Notes under the pieces: model-generated
What the model saw: the letters and a program-made list of their open reading frames with translations, nothing else
What the model was told of the DNA's origin: nothing
The model's database searches: none
In this document: positions 9,929 to 18,465 of the stretch, one piece after another
Numbering within the stretch: position 1 is the first letter of the stretch
Layout of the letters: each line of letters begins with the position of its first letter
Source of the DNA: a virus
Taxonomy: Duplodnaviria > Caudoviricetes
Length of the DNA: 40,006 bases
Reading direction: 5' to 3' (one strand)
Virus record (IMG/VR): IMGVR_UViG_3300049913_000010
Location: 1-40,006 of that record
Translations under genes and position numbers: made by a program

Positions 9929-10066
9929 ATGAAAGCAGCAATGGTCAAGGCAATCTATAGCCTCCTGAACCTGTGGCCCCTGCGTTGCCGCCAGTTGGGC
10001 TACTGGTGCGAGTGGGTCTATCCTTATGGTTTTGTACCGGAGGCAGGATGTCCAATCCACGACTAG
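9929..10066 (+). CDS. Small hypothetical protein (45 aa, ends GFVPEAGCPIHD)
   Basis: Manual translation, below the ORF-track cutoff; part of a chain of overlapping small ORFs. Confidence 0.4.
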   Translation: MKAAMVKAIYSLLNLWPLRCRQLGYWCEWVYPYGFVPEAGCPIHD

Positions 10067-10266
10067 AGCCGACTGAGGATGTCGAGGTCGTCAACTCCTG
10101 GCTGATCGTGGACGGCTGCAAAGTAGCCAAAGTCCCCAGGCCGGGCGTCATCGCTTTCCACGACAAGGACCGACGGCGATGCTCGAAGCGGGGGAATGAC
10201 CAGCCGTGCGCGACGATTGAGACGATCGTCGCGGCGGTGACGGGGGAAACGGAAAAGGTGGAATGA
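10048..10266 (+). CDS. Hypothetical protein
   Basis: GGAGG RBS before ATG 10048; coupled to the next ORF by ATGA. Confidence 0.5.
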   Translation: MSNPRLEPTEDVEVVNSWLIVDGCKVAKVPRPGVIAFHDKDRRRCSKRGNDQPCATIETIVAAVTGETEKVE

Positions 10267-10421
10267 TGAAACAGAAGGTGCTTGCATTTCTATTTGGTTT
10301 TCCTATCTGGATGCACCAGATTGGATACCGTCTATTTGGCAAGGTGATTGTCAGGTATCATGATTCCGAAACGAGGTCAGTGTTGCGCTATTCCATTCGC
10401 AACGGGACCGAGTTCAAGTAG
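10263..10421 (+). CDS. Small hypothetical protein (52 aa, hydrophobic N-terminus)
   Basis: Manual translation MMKQKVLAFLFGFPIW...; ATGA overlap with the upstream ORF. Confidence 0.4.
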   Translation: MMKQKVLAFLFGFPIWMHQIGYRLFGKVIVRYHDSETRSVLRYSIRNGTEFK

Positions 10422-10434
10422 TGAAAAAGGGGGA

Positions 10435-10890
10435 ATGATGGGCAAAGTAAAAGAGATCGGCATTATCCAACGAATAGTGGTGGATGCCGAAATAGCAGAC
10501 GAAATAGAGTGGCTGAATGAACAAGGCGTCCGAACCGAGGGCAGTTGCTCGGGCCATGGGGAGGAACTGCCCACCGCGATGATAACACCGTCGTCGGTAG
10601 AACGGGCGCGTAAACTAGGCTATATGCCACGCATGAAAAACAACGGCCTGTTCGAGATGACACTGCTCGGTTTGAAGGGGGAAAGAAAGACAGACTATTT
10701 GGAGCGAGCGCGAAAGTGCCTGAACCACCCGGACAGGATTCCGCCAGAAACAGTAGTGGCCTACGCCCTACTCGACATAGCGGAGTCCTTGCGGACTATC
10801 GCCGGCGAGACTCTCGTACCGACCGGGCTGGACGAATTGGACATACAGCGCATCGGCGAGTGGATTCGGGACCATGCCAATCATAGCTGA
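10435..10890 (+). CDS. Hypothetical protein with Tyw3-like N-terminal motif
   Basis: VDAEIADEIEWLNEQGVRTEGSCSGH resembles the D..I..LN....T..SCSG motif of Tyw3/Taw3. Confidence 0.5.
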   Translation: MMGKVKEIGIIQRIVVDAEIADEIEWLNEQGVRTEGSCSGHGEELPTAMITPSSVERARKLGYMPRMKNNGLFEMTLLGLKGERKTDYLERARKCLNHPDRIPPETVVAYALLDIAESLRTIAGETLVPTGLDELDIQRIGEWIRDHANHS

Positions 10891-11107
10891 CAAGGAAACT
10901 ATGGACATGCTGCACCGATTCGAGGAGCGCACCCTGATTAACTGCCTGACGCACGGCCATCGGTGGGTAACATTCGACGGACAGCCGACCATCTGCGCAT
11001 CGTGCGAAATTACCAAGGAGAGGTGGGACAAGCTGTCGGAGGAAATGAGGGCGGCGGCCAAGGTCATAGAGGATGACTTTTTATCAAACCTGAGGATGCT
11101 TGGCTGA
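10874..11107 (+). CDS. Hypothetical protein with C..H..CxxC
   Basis: 77 aa ORF in the coupled array. Confidence 0.5.
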   Translation: MPIIADKETMDMLHRFEERTLINCLTHGHRWVTFDGQPTICASCEITKERWDKLSEEMRAAAKVIEDDFLSNLRMLG

Positions 11108-11132
11108 TATGACGGGAGAGACGGAAGGGGGA

Positions 11133-11456
11133 ATGATGGCAAAGGACAAAAAGACGCATGGGCCGTGGGACCGGCTGCGTTCGTGGCTATTTCCAAAGAA
11201 GGAAGAAGAGCCGCCGGCCGTCGTGGTCTCTGTCTGCGTTATGGGCACAGACGAGGCCATGGAACAGCTTGACGAATTGGCCGGGTGCTTCAGGAAGTTG
11301 GACGTTGAACTCGACCGGGTTATCGCCAAGTCTGCAAAAGCAAAGGCGGCGCTGGATAGTATTTTCGAGTGCCCAGGCGGTGAGGCGTTGCGGGCTGAAC
11401 TAGAGGCCGCCAGGTCAAAAATAGATGACATGAGAAGCGATCTCATGGACGATTGA
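11133..11456 (+). CDS. Hypothetical coiled-coil protein
   Basis: AAGGGGG RBS then ATGATG; helical E/K/L-rich sequence. Confidence 0.5.
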   Translation: MMAKDKKTHGPWDRLRSWLFPKKEEEPPAVVVSVCVMGTDEAMEQLDELAGCFRKLDVELDRVIAKSAKAKAALDSIFECPGGEALRAELEAARSKIDDMRSDLMDD

Positions 11457-11466
11457 TGCGAAAATC

Positions 11467-11772
11467 ATGCTGACAGAGATCGAGAAGGAGCGCCGCATAG
11501 AGATTGCCAAACAGCACATACGGGACAAGGCCACGGCTGCCGGTATTCGATTCGACCCGTCCGAACTCATCGCGGCAGAAGAGATCGACGGGACGATCAC
11601 GGTGCTACTCAGGAGTCACGTAATCTCGCGGATGGACGAAGAGGGCAAGCAGGTCATAGAGAATAGCCCGCTGGCATGGTGGGCACAGCCGCGCGACGGG
11701 CCGGGCCGCATCGCCCTGCTTACGCCGTGGCTGGTTGAGACTATTTCCCCGGAAATACCGCATGACCACTGA
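11467..11772 (+). CDS. Hypothetical protein
   Basis: 101 aa ORF filling the gap in the array. Confidence 0.5.
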   Translation: MLTEIEKERRIEIAKQHIRDKATAAGIRFDPSELIAAEEIDGTITVLLRSHVISRMDEEGKQVIENSPLAWWAQPRDGPGRIALLTPWLVETISPEIPHDH

Positions 11773-11995
11773 CCCCACGATAGCCGTCTGCCTGACCTGT
11801 CCATTGCCGGATTGTATGGAGATATTCGGCGATGCGAAGGTCGAGGCGATGCGGCCCAGGGCTTGCCCGCTGCGGTACGAGCGCACCCACCAGCACAAGT
11901 ACGCCATAAGCCAACGGGGGCGGGACAGGAGCCGGGGCCGGTCGCGGAGGTGGAGAATTAGAAACGGATTGACAAGCAGGCGCGACATGGTATAA
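11762..11995 (+). CDS. Small Cys-rich, Arg-rich protein; possible nucleic-acid-binding regulator
   Basis: CLTCPLPDC...C plus an Arg-rich tail; its stop lies inside the -10 box of the downstream promoter. Confidence 0.5.
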   Translation: MTTDPTIAVCLTCPLPDCMEIFGDAKVEAMRPRACPLRYERTHQHKYAISQRGRDRSRGRSRRWRIRNGLTSRRDMV

Positions 11996-11996
11996 T
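11969..11996 (+). promoter_or_regulatory. Consensus sigma70-type promoter
   Basis: TTGACA (11969-11974), 16 nt spacer, TATAAT (11991-11996) with an extended -10 TG. Confidence 0.85.
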
Positions 11997-12099
11997 AGAG
12001 CCACCAAGAGAGGGCCGCATGGTGCGTGCGCACACACCTGGGCGGCATCACGTCTAAGGCCCCCCTCTGGCTAACTGAATAGCACCGCGAGAGCCATTG

Positions 12100-12139
12100 A
12101 GCCGTTCATTCCGCTTCGCAGCGGGGGACGGCTTTTTGT
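12100..12139 (+). terminator. Intrinsic terminator-like hairpin 1 in the leader
   Basis: AGCCGTTC-ATT-CCGCT tcgc AGCGG-G-GGACGGCT followed by TTTTGT. Confidence 0.65.
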
Positions 12140-12158
12140 CGTCTTGGCGTGAGCCCTT

Positions 12159-12205
12159 GAGCCGCTTACCGGATTTCGTCACCGGTGGGTGGCTCTTTTT
12201 GTTTT
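12159..12205 (+). terminator. Intrinsic terminator-like hairpin 2 in the leader
   Basis: GAGCCGCTTACCGG...CCGGTGGGTGGCTC followed by TTTTTGTTTT. Confidence 0.75.
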
Positions 12206-12220
12206 GCAAGGGGGTGCAAG

Positions 12221-12595
12221 ATGAAGCGGTTAATCCTGGCGTTGGTGTTGATCGCGCTGGCCCTGTGGCCGGCTGTGGCGCTGGCCGCCGATGGCTCTGA
12301 GCCGCCGGCCTTCGACGCCTTCCTAGAGGCGCTGGCCGGCCCGCTGATCGCGGCGGCGGTGGCGCTGGCGCTGTCGGTCGTGGTGGAGTACGTGCCGAAA
12401 TACGAAAAGCTGGATCCGAAGTGGAAGCGGCTGCTCTTCTTTGGCCTGTGCCTGTTCGTGCCAATCGCCGCCGTAACGCTCCGGGGACTGCTAGGATATG
12501 CAGCCTGGTCGTTCGACCCGCTGTACTGGCGCGCGATCTGGAACGGGATGGGCGCTGCGGGGGTGGGGACGCTGGCGCATATTCGCAAACTATAG
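12221..12595 (+). CDS. Holin-like membrane protein
   Basis: Signal-like N-terminus and several hydrophobic segments; YEKLDPKWKRL loop and basic C-terminus as in small phage holins. Confidence 0.55.
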   Translation: MKRLILALVLIALALWPAVALAADGSEPPAFDAFLEALAGPLIAAAVALALSVVVEYVPKYEKLDPKWKRLLFFGLCLFVPIAAVTLRGLLGYAAWSFDPLYWRAIWNGMGAAGVGTLAHIRKL

Positions 12596-12946
12596 ATGGG
12601 CGCCTTTAACTTCCCGCTGCGATGGCCGATGTATGTCGTTCTGACCGTGATCGCGGCGGTTGGGCTGTGGTTTGGAAGCGGCTTCCGGGCAAGAAAGGCC
12701 GGGGAGCAGTTGGAGCTTCAGGACGTCGTGTTTCGGGGTCCTGAAGTCCTGACCATTCTCTACGGCGCGATCTCGATAGCTCGCACGGTCTGGATATGGA
12801 TCGACCCGGCTGGTAGTTTTGCAGTCAGGGTCCTGGAAGACCCGCCCGGCAACGCGATTCTGGCGGCCTACTGCAACGGACTGGCGTTGGCCTGGGTCAG
12901 CGCCTACGTGCTGTTGCAATATCTGAGGAGACACGCTATTGCATGA
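12596..12946 (+). CDS. Membrane protein (about 3 TM)
   Basis: 116 aa with hydrophobic segments; abuts the holin-like gene. Confidence 0.5.
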   Translation: MGAFNFPLRWPMYVVLTVIAAVGLWFGSGFRARKAGEQLELQDVVFRGPEVLTILYGAISIARTVWIWIDPAGSFAVRVLEDPPGNAILAAYCNGLALAWVSAYVLLQYLRRHAIA

Positions 12947-13374
12947 CGCTCGCAGACGCACTAACCATCTTTGGACCTTACATCGTGGCAGGGTTGGCGC
13001 TGCTTGGAACCGCTTATACCATCCGCAGCCAGCGGGGAAAGTCGAAGGGAGACGCCAGCCTGAGCATGGCGTCGGCGAGTTCCTTGACCATCGACGATCT
13101 GATGCAACAGATTACGGTGCTCAACGTGCGGACGGCGTCAATGCTGTTGACGGCAGCCGATTCCAAGACAGCCGCAAAGCGCAGCCTGGAACTTGTAGCC
13201 AGGCTGCTGCAGGGAATAAACGTCCTGCTGACTCAAGTGAGGATGGCCGGGCTATCGCCGGACTGGATACCAGACCCGGAGATCGAGAGGCTGGTGGCGT
13301 TGTGCACCGAGGAGTCCGACAGGTTGGCCATACCAAAGATCGTACTCAATAAAGACAGTGGCACAAACCCATAG
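12943..13374 (+). CDS. Membrane-anchored helical protein (lysis-cassette type)
   Basis: N-terminal TM (IFGPYIVAGLALLGTAYTI) followed by a helical region. Confidence 0.5.
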   Translation: MTLADALTIFGPYIVAGLALLGTAYTIRSQRGKSKGDASLSMASASSLTIDDLMQQITVLNVRTASMLLTAADSKTAAKRSLELVARLLQGINVLLTQVRMAGLSPDWIPDPEIERLVALCTEESDRLAIPKIVLNKDSGTNP

Positions 13375-13384
13375 GAGAGATGCC

Positions 13385-15067
13385 ATGAAACTATCCGAAT
13401 TGTGGGACAAAATCCAGGCGCTGTTCAAGGGCGCGATGGACGAAGAGACGCCGGAAGAGGCGCGGGCGATCAAGGACGTGGATAGCTGGGATGGTTCAGC
13501 CGCGCAGTATGCCTCGACTGAGGAGTATTGCGGCGCGGCGTTGATCGATGTCAACTCCGCAGCCGGTCGGGACACGAAAGCGCAAGACCACTGTATGCTG
13601 CCTGTCCGGGGGCCTGGCGATTCCGCCGATACCTACGTCCGGCAGGGAGTCCACGGCGCAGCGCAGCGGTTCGGCCAGGTCAAGAAGCCGGACGACGTGC
13701 CGCAGGCCGACTGGGACAAGGCGGTCAAGGCGGCGGCCGGAAAGCTGATCTCGGCCTATGGCCAGATGGACGAGGCCGCGCCAGATTCGCTGTACGAGGC
13801 CGCCGGCAAGACGAAGCCGGAGCGGGCGGTGGGGATGCAGCAGGTCTGGGAACAGCTTTACCTGAGCCTGGATACGCGCAACCAGGCGACGGGCGGCTAC
13901 TCCTGGCCGGTTGACATCTACTCCGACGCGGGCGAGCTGTACGCCGTGGTCGCAGAGGGGGGCCGGCTGTACCGGGTGGCGTTGGCCGTTACCGGCTCGA
14001 CGCTGACGCCCGGCGAGTGGACCGAGGTGGTCGTGGAGCATACGCCGGCAGAGCGAACCGTCGTGTCCCGCCAGGCAGACGGGTCGTATCGCTGGCTAGG
14101 AATCTCGGCAACGTCGGTCCTGAACCACGTCGGGGAGATCGACAGCCGGGACCTGTTCGACCGGTTCGTCGAGCGAGCGGCGAGCGGCGAGTTCCCTCAG
14201 CGCGATTTCTATCACCTGGAGGATGCGGCCCTCGTCGGGAGGTGCGACTTTCTGGCCAGGGACGGCAACGTGCTGATCAGCTCGGGCGTGTACTATGACA
14301 CGCCCATTGCTCAGGCGGTCCGCCGCGCGACCGAGGCTGGGGAGACGAACGGCGACAGCATCTCCTACGAGCCGAGCGGGCCGGCGGAGCTGGTCGAGGT
14401 CGCCGATGGGGTCAAGCTCCCGGTCTACCGTGACGGGGTACTGAAGTTCATCTCCGCTCTGCCACAGGACAGGGCGGCAAGTCTATTCACCGCGACGAGG
14501 GCGGTGAGGGAGGTTAACAGGATGCGAGACGAAGTAAAGTTGGCCCTGCTGGGCCTGAAAGAGCACGGCCTGGACGATGACACGATTAACGCGATCATCG
14601 GCCAGGTGGACAGCGCCAACCGGGCCATCGACGAGGGCGGGCTGATCACCAGGGGCGCGCCGCCGGCTGAATCAACGCCGGCGCCGACCACGACAGTCGT
14701 CAACGTGGCGCCGGCTCCGGTAGAGCTGGTCCTGGATGACGCGGCGCTGGCCGAGGTGGCCAGGACGGTATTCGACTCGGAGTCGTGGCAGCAGATGATC
14801 GGCCTGCGCGCCGAAGTGGACGAGCTGAAGGCTGCGCTCGAGGCGGCCAACGTCAGGGCGGCCAACGCCGAGCAGGTCGTCGCTGAGCGCCTGGTCAAGC
14901 TGGAGCGCGCCGACGACGACAAGCGGCGGGAGTGGGTCGCCGACTTGCCCCGGCAGACGCAGCGGGTGACCTACCGGCCACGGGAGGCGCATGCCGCCGA
15001 CGAAGACGAACTGGATAGCGAGGCCATCGCTCAGGCAACGCTGTCCAAAGTACCCGGCAGATACTAG
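13385..15067 (+). CDS. Prohead protease/scaffold fusion
   Basis: GGAG RBS; directly precedes the major capsid gene; P/T linker and C-terminal coiled coil typical of a scaffold. Confidence 0.65.
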   Translation: MKLSELWDKIQALFKGAMDEETPEEARAIKDVDSWDGSAAQYASTEEYCGAALIDVNSAAGRDTKAQDHCMLPVRGPGDSADTYVRQGVHGAAQRFGQVKKPDDVPQADWDKAVKAAAGKLISAYGQMDEAAPDSLYEAAGKTKPERAVGMQQVWEQLYLSLDTRNQATGGYSWPVDIYSDAGELYAVVAEGGRLYRVALAVTGSTLTPGEWTEVVVEHTPAERTVVSRQADGSYRWLGISATSVLNHVGEIDSRDLFDRFVERAASGEFPQRDFYHLEDAALVGRCDFLARDGNVLISSGVYYDTPIAQAVRRATEAGETNGDSISYEPSGPAELVEVADGVKLPVYRDGVLKFISALPQDRAASLFTATRAVREVNRMRDEVKLALLGLKEHGLDDDTINAIIGQVDSANRAIDEGGLITRGAPPAESTPAPTTTVVNVAPAPVELVLDDAALAEVARTVFDSESWQQMIGLRAEVDELKAALEAANVRAANAEQVVAERLVKLERADDDKRREWVADLPRQTQRVTYRPREAHAADEDELDSEAIAQATLSKVPGRY

Positions 15068-15097
15068 GCCGGGAATAATAATAATCAGGAGGTATCA

Positions 15098-16438
15098 ATG
15101 AAACTGAAAACGCGTGACACGACAGACATGACCCTCAGCAACGTGGCGACGCCGTTCGGTTGCTGCAACTTTTTCGACCACTGCACCGAGGAGATCATGA
15201 CCCTGCACTATGCCGGGCAGCTCCCACTGCTCGACTGGATGTCGTTCAACGTCTCCAACGAGTGCTACCGGTCGGTGGAGTTCATCACCTACGTCCGGCC
15301 CGACCGGACGTGGATGGTGGCCCCGGGAATGCAAGAGCAGATGCGCTTCATCCAGGTCCCGACAGCCGGCCATATCGCCGACGCCTGCGCCGATCCTCAC
15401 GGCATCGAGTGGGGCTCGTGCAAGCTGACCGTCGAGGACTTTGGCCGCTACGGCCGCATGGGTCCGACGCGGGCCATCATGCAGCCCAAGTTGTGGTGCA
15501 AGACCGACCCTCGCCGCCGGCTGGACGGCTCGCCGGTCACGACGGAGATGGAATGGGATCAGCGGTTCGTGACCGACGTGATCCTGCAAGACATCTCCAG
15601 CGCGGTGATCACCGGCAACGCCGCGAGCGCCGGCATGTTCGACGGCCTGGAGCAGTGGGTTGCGACCGACTATGAATGCAATCCGCTCAACTCCATCGTC
15701 ATCAACTGGAACGGCAACCCGATGGCCGGCGGCAACGGCATCACCTGGAACGGCGCAGCCATCGCCAACACGTTTGACTTTATCGACGTGCTGCTGGCGG
15801 CCTACCGGCGCATCCGGCAGCGGATCTCCTGGTCGCCCGTGCTGCGCAATCAGCAGATGCGCCTCGGGGACATGATCATCCTCATGCCGACCAGCATGAT
15901 CCCCTGCTTGCTGGACTTTTTCACCTGTTGGAGCGTGTGCGCGGACAGTGACGACAACGGCAACTTTGGCGTTGCGATCCTGTCCTACGAAGCGCGCGCC
16001 TTCCGCGACCAACTGCTGGGCGGGCTGTTCGGATTCGGCCAGATCACCATCGAGGGTTTCCCGATCCCGATCCTGGGCTACGACTATGAGCTGATCAAGG
16101 GCCCGCACACCGGGGACATCTACCTGCTGACCGGCTCGATCGGCGGGGTGCGTATCTGGGAAGGCGAGCACCTGAGCGCCGACGAAGCGGCGGCGCAGTT
16201 CGGCGACGTTGGCTACTGGTCGTCCGACGGCGGGCGCATCCTGTGGTACAAGGCGGTCGACAACGAGTGCTACCACCTGAAGGGGTGGATGCACCCGAGG
16301 CTGTTCTGCCTGGCGCCCTGGGCACAAGTCCGCTTCCAGTCGGTGCGCTGCGAGGTGCCCGGCGGCTTCCTGAGCGCAGACCCGGAGGACACCTCGTTCT
16401 ACCCGGAAACGTCCTTCTCTGTGGCCGAGTGCCCGTAA
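15098..16438 (+). CDS. Major capsid protein (Cys-rich)
   Basis: Strong AGGAGG RBS with an AT-rich upstream stretch; 446 aa after the scaffold; ITGN...GMFDGL motif typical of HK97-fold capsids; followed by a hairpin. Confidence 0.8.
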   Translation: MKLKTRDTTDMTLSNVATPFGCCNFFDHCTEEIMTLHYAGQLPLLDWMSFNVSNECYRSVEFITYVRPDRTWMVAPGMQEQMRFIQVPTAGHIADACADPHGIEWGSCKLTVEDFGRYGRMGPTRAIMQPKLWCKTDPRRRLDGSPVTTEMEWDQRFVTDVILQDISSAVITGNAASAGMFDGLEQWVATDYECNPLNSIVINWNGNPMAGGNGITWNGAAIANTFDFIDVLLAAYRRIRQRISWSPVLRNQQMRLGDMIILMPTSMIPCLLDFFTCWSVCADSDDNGNFGVAILSYEARAFRDQLLGGLFGFGQITIEGFPIPILGYDYELIKGPHTGDIYLLTGSIGGVRIWEGEHLSADEAAAQFGDVGYWSSDGGRILWYKAVDNECYHLKGWMHPRLFCLAPWAQVRFQSVRCEVPGGFLSADPEDTSFYPETSFSVAECP

Positions 16439-16461
16439 CACTGATTGACTGAGTTGCAAAA

Positions 16462-16491
16462 TCCGGGGGGTGGTGGGAGCCATCCCCCGGA
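16462..16491 (+). other. Stem-loop after the capsid gene (mRNA stabiliser or attenuator)
   Basis: TCCGGGGGGTGGT-ggga-GCCATCCCCCGGA, a 13-bp stem with G-U pairs; no U-tract on the + strand. Confidence 0.6.
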
Positions 16492-16500
16492 AAAGGGGGA

Positions 16501-18465
16501 ATGTTGGTAGAGAACCTGACGGCCCTGGTTCCGTTTCGCAACGGGCACGAATGGCTGCCGCGCCTGCTGGCATCGCTGCCGGCGGACCTGCCGGTCATCG
16601 TCGTCGATGACCATTCGGATACACCGCTGGAACCAAGCGACCGTTACCGGCTGCTGAGGCCGAAAGAGCGGGGATACTTCACCGGGGCGGTCAACGTCGG
16701 GATGTCTGCTTGCGACACCGATGTACTGATATTGAACCAGGACGCGGAGCTGCGCGGCGATGCGTGGCTTAATCTGATCCTTAAAAAACGCAAAACCTAC
16801 GCCATGATCGGCGAGCGGATCGGCGGAGTCCATCCGGCCTGGCCCAATGGTTATATCCACGGTACATTCACCTACATTCGCCGCGATGCGATCCGGGCGA
16901 TTGGGTACATGAACGCCGCCGACTATCCGCTGTGGGGCTCAACCTGCGAGTATCAGGTGAGACTATGCCGGCGAGGGTTCAAGGTGCTGCCGCTGGTGAA
17001 GGTGCCGGGGATGATCCACGACCGACCGGGCAAGTTCGGCGCGGCCATCACCGAGGCGCTCAAGCAAGAGGGAAAAAGGGACCTGTTCATCCGCACCCCG
17101 CCAATGGTATCTGTGATCATCCCCTGCTTCAATTACGGCAAGTACCTGACGGACTGCATCCGGTCGCTGATCGGCGGCGACACCTGCCTGGGACCGATGC
17201 CAGGGCAGACCTTCCAGAGCTTCGAGGCGATCATCGTGAATGACGCTTCGACAGACAACACGGCCCGGATCGGGGCCAGGCTGGACAATCCCTGGCAGGG
17301 GGTGCGCTACATCCGCCTTGGAGCGAACGGTGGCACGGCGGCGGCGATCAACGCCGGGGTACGGGCATCCATCGGGCGCTATGTGACGGTTCTATCGGCA
17401 GACGACATGGCCGAGCCGTGGCACCTGGAGTCGCTGCTGAGAACGTGTCAGGCCAACCCGCACAGTGTAGCGTTTGGAGAGTTCAATCTGTTCAAACGGG
17501 GACAGCGGTTTGAGGTACTGAAACTGCCAGGGTACGACTTTGAGCGAACGCTCTACAAAAACGGGATGGGCACCAGCATCATGTATCCACGGCGGGCGTG
17601 GGAGGAGGTCGGCGGCTATCCCGAGATCATGAAAGACGGGCGCGAAGACTGGGCCTTCAACGTCGGCCTGGGAATCAAGGGCTGGTGCGGGGTGAAGGTC
17701 GAGCCGCCGGAAGGGCCGGGTTACCTGGGACGGCGGGAGGGGCACAACCGCAGCCTGTGCAATGCTGGCCCAGGATGGCGCAATGCGTTCATGGCAAAAA
17801 TGATGGCGCTCTATCCGAGCGTCTACCAGGGAGAGAGACCAGAGATGTGTTGTGGCGGTGGTAGAAAATCGGCCAAGCCGGCACCGAAGGGAGCCGGCAA
17901 GGGGGTTAACGTGAAAGGGTTTCAGATGCCGGGGCAGGATGGGCTGGAATTGCTGGAATACACCGGCTCCAACTACGGAACGACCGGCTGGTGGGGGCCT
18001 GTCACCGGGACGAAATACGACTTTGGCAACAACGACGCGGCGCGGGTCAAGTACGTCGACGTGCGTGACGTGCCGAAGATGTTGCTGCTGTCCGAGGGGA
18101 CCAAGAACAAACGGCCCATTTTTCGCAAGTACCGGTTGCCGCCAAAGCAAGAGGCGGCGGCGGTCGTTGCCGAGGTGCGGGCGCCAGAATATGTCGAGGC
18201 TCCCAGCGCGGCGTATGTCGAGGTCAAGGCAGAGGCAGACATGACGACCATTCCGTGGGTCGAGGTCAAGCCGGTCGTGATTGCCGAGCCGGTCGAGGAC
18301 TTGACGGCCATCAGGGGCGTCGGGCCGGCTATCGCCGCGAAGCTGCGGGGCCTGGGGTTCTGCACCGTGGCCCAGGTGGCGGCCTATTCAGCAGATGACC
18401 TGGCCGGCCTGACCGGCCTGCAACTGAAGCGGGCGGTGGCCATTGTGGAGGCGGCGCGTGGCTGA
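16501..18465 (+). CDS. Tandem GT2 glycosyltransferase domains fused to a C-terminal region with helix-hairpin-helix
   Basis: Domain 1 ALVPFRN..VIVVDDHS..ILNQD; domain 2 VSVIIPCFNYGKYL..IIVNDASTD..LSADD..EDW; C-terminal DLTAIRGVGPAIAAKLRGLG. Confidence 0.85.
   Translation: MLVENLTALVPFRNGHEWLPRLLASLPADLPVIVVDDHSDTPLEPSDRYRLLRPKERGYFTGAVNVGMSACDTDVLILNQDAELRGDAWLNLILKKRKTYAMIGERIGGVHPAWPNGYIHGTFTYIRRDAIRAIGYMNAADYPLWGSTCEYQVRLCRRGFKVLPLVKVPGMIHDRPGKFGAAITEALKQEGKRDLFIRTPPMVSVIIPCFNYGKYLTDCIRSLIGGDTCLGPMPGQTFQSFEAIIVNDASTDNTARIGARLDNPWQGVRYIRLGANGGTAAAINAGVRASIGRYVTVLSADDMAEPWHLESLLRTCQANPHSVAFGEFNLFKRGQRFEVLKLPGYDFERTLYKNGMGTSIMYPRRAWEEVGGYPEIMKDGREDWAFNVGLGIKGWCGVKVEPPEGPGYLGRREGHNRSLCNAGPGWRNAFMAKMMALYPSVYQGERPEMCCGGGRKSAKPAPKGAGKGVNVKGFQMPGQDGLELLEYTGSNYGTTGWWGPVTGTKYDFGNNDAARVKYVDVRDVPKMLLLSEGTKNKRPIFRKYRLPPKQEAAAVVAEVRAPEYVEAPSAAYVEVKAEADMTTIPWVEVKPVVIAEPVEDLTAIRGVGPAIAAKLRGLGFCTVAQVAAYSADDLAGLTGLQLKRAVAIVEAARG

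Noticed and set aside
12091-12205. Mini CRISPR array (repeats 60 nt apart)
   Set aside because: Only two 14-nt repeats, each part of a terminator hairpin; no cas genes.
15095-16573. 492-aa minus-strand ORF opposite the capsid gene
   Set aside because: Antisense shadow expected from high-GC codon bias; no recognisable motifs.
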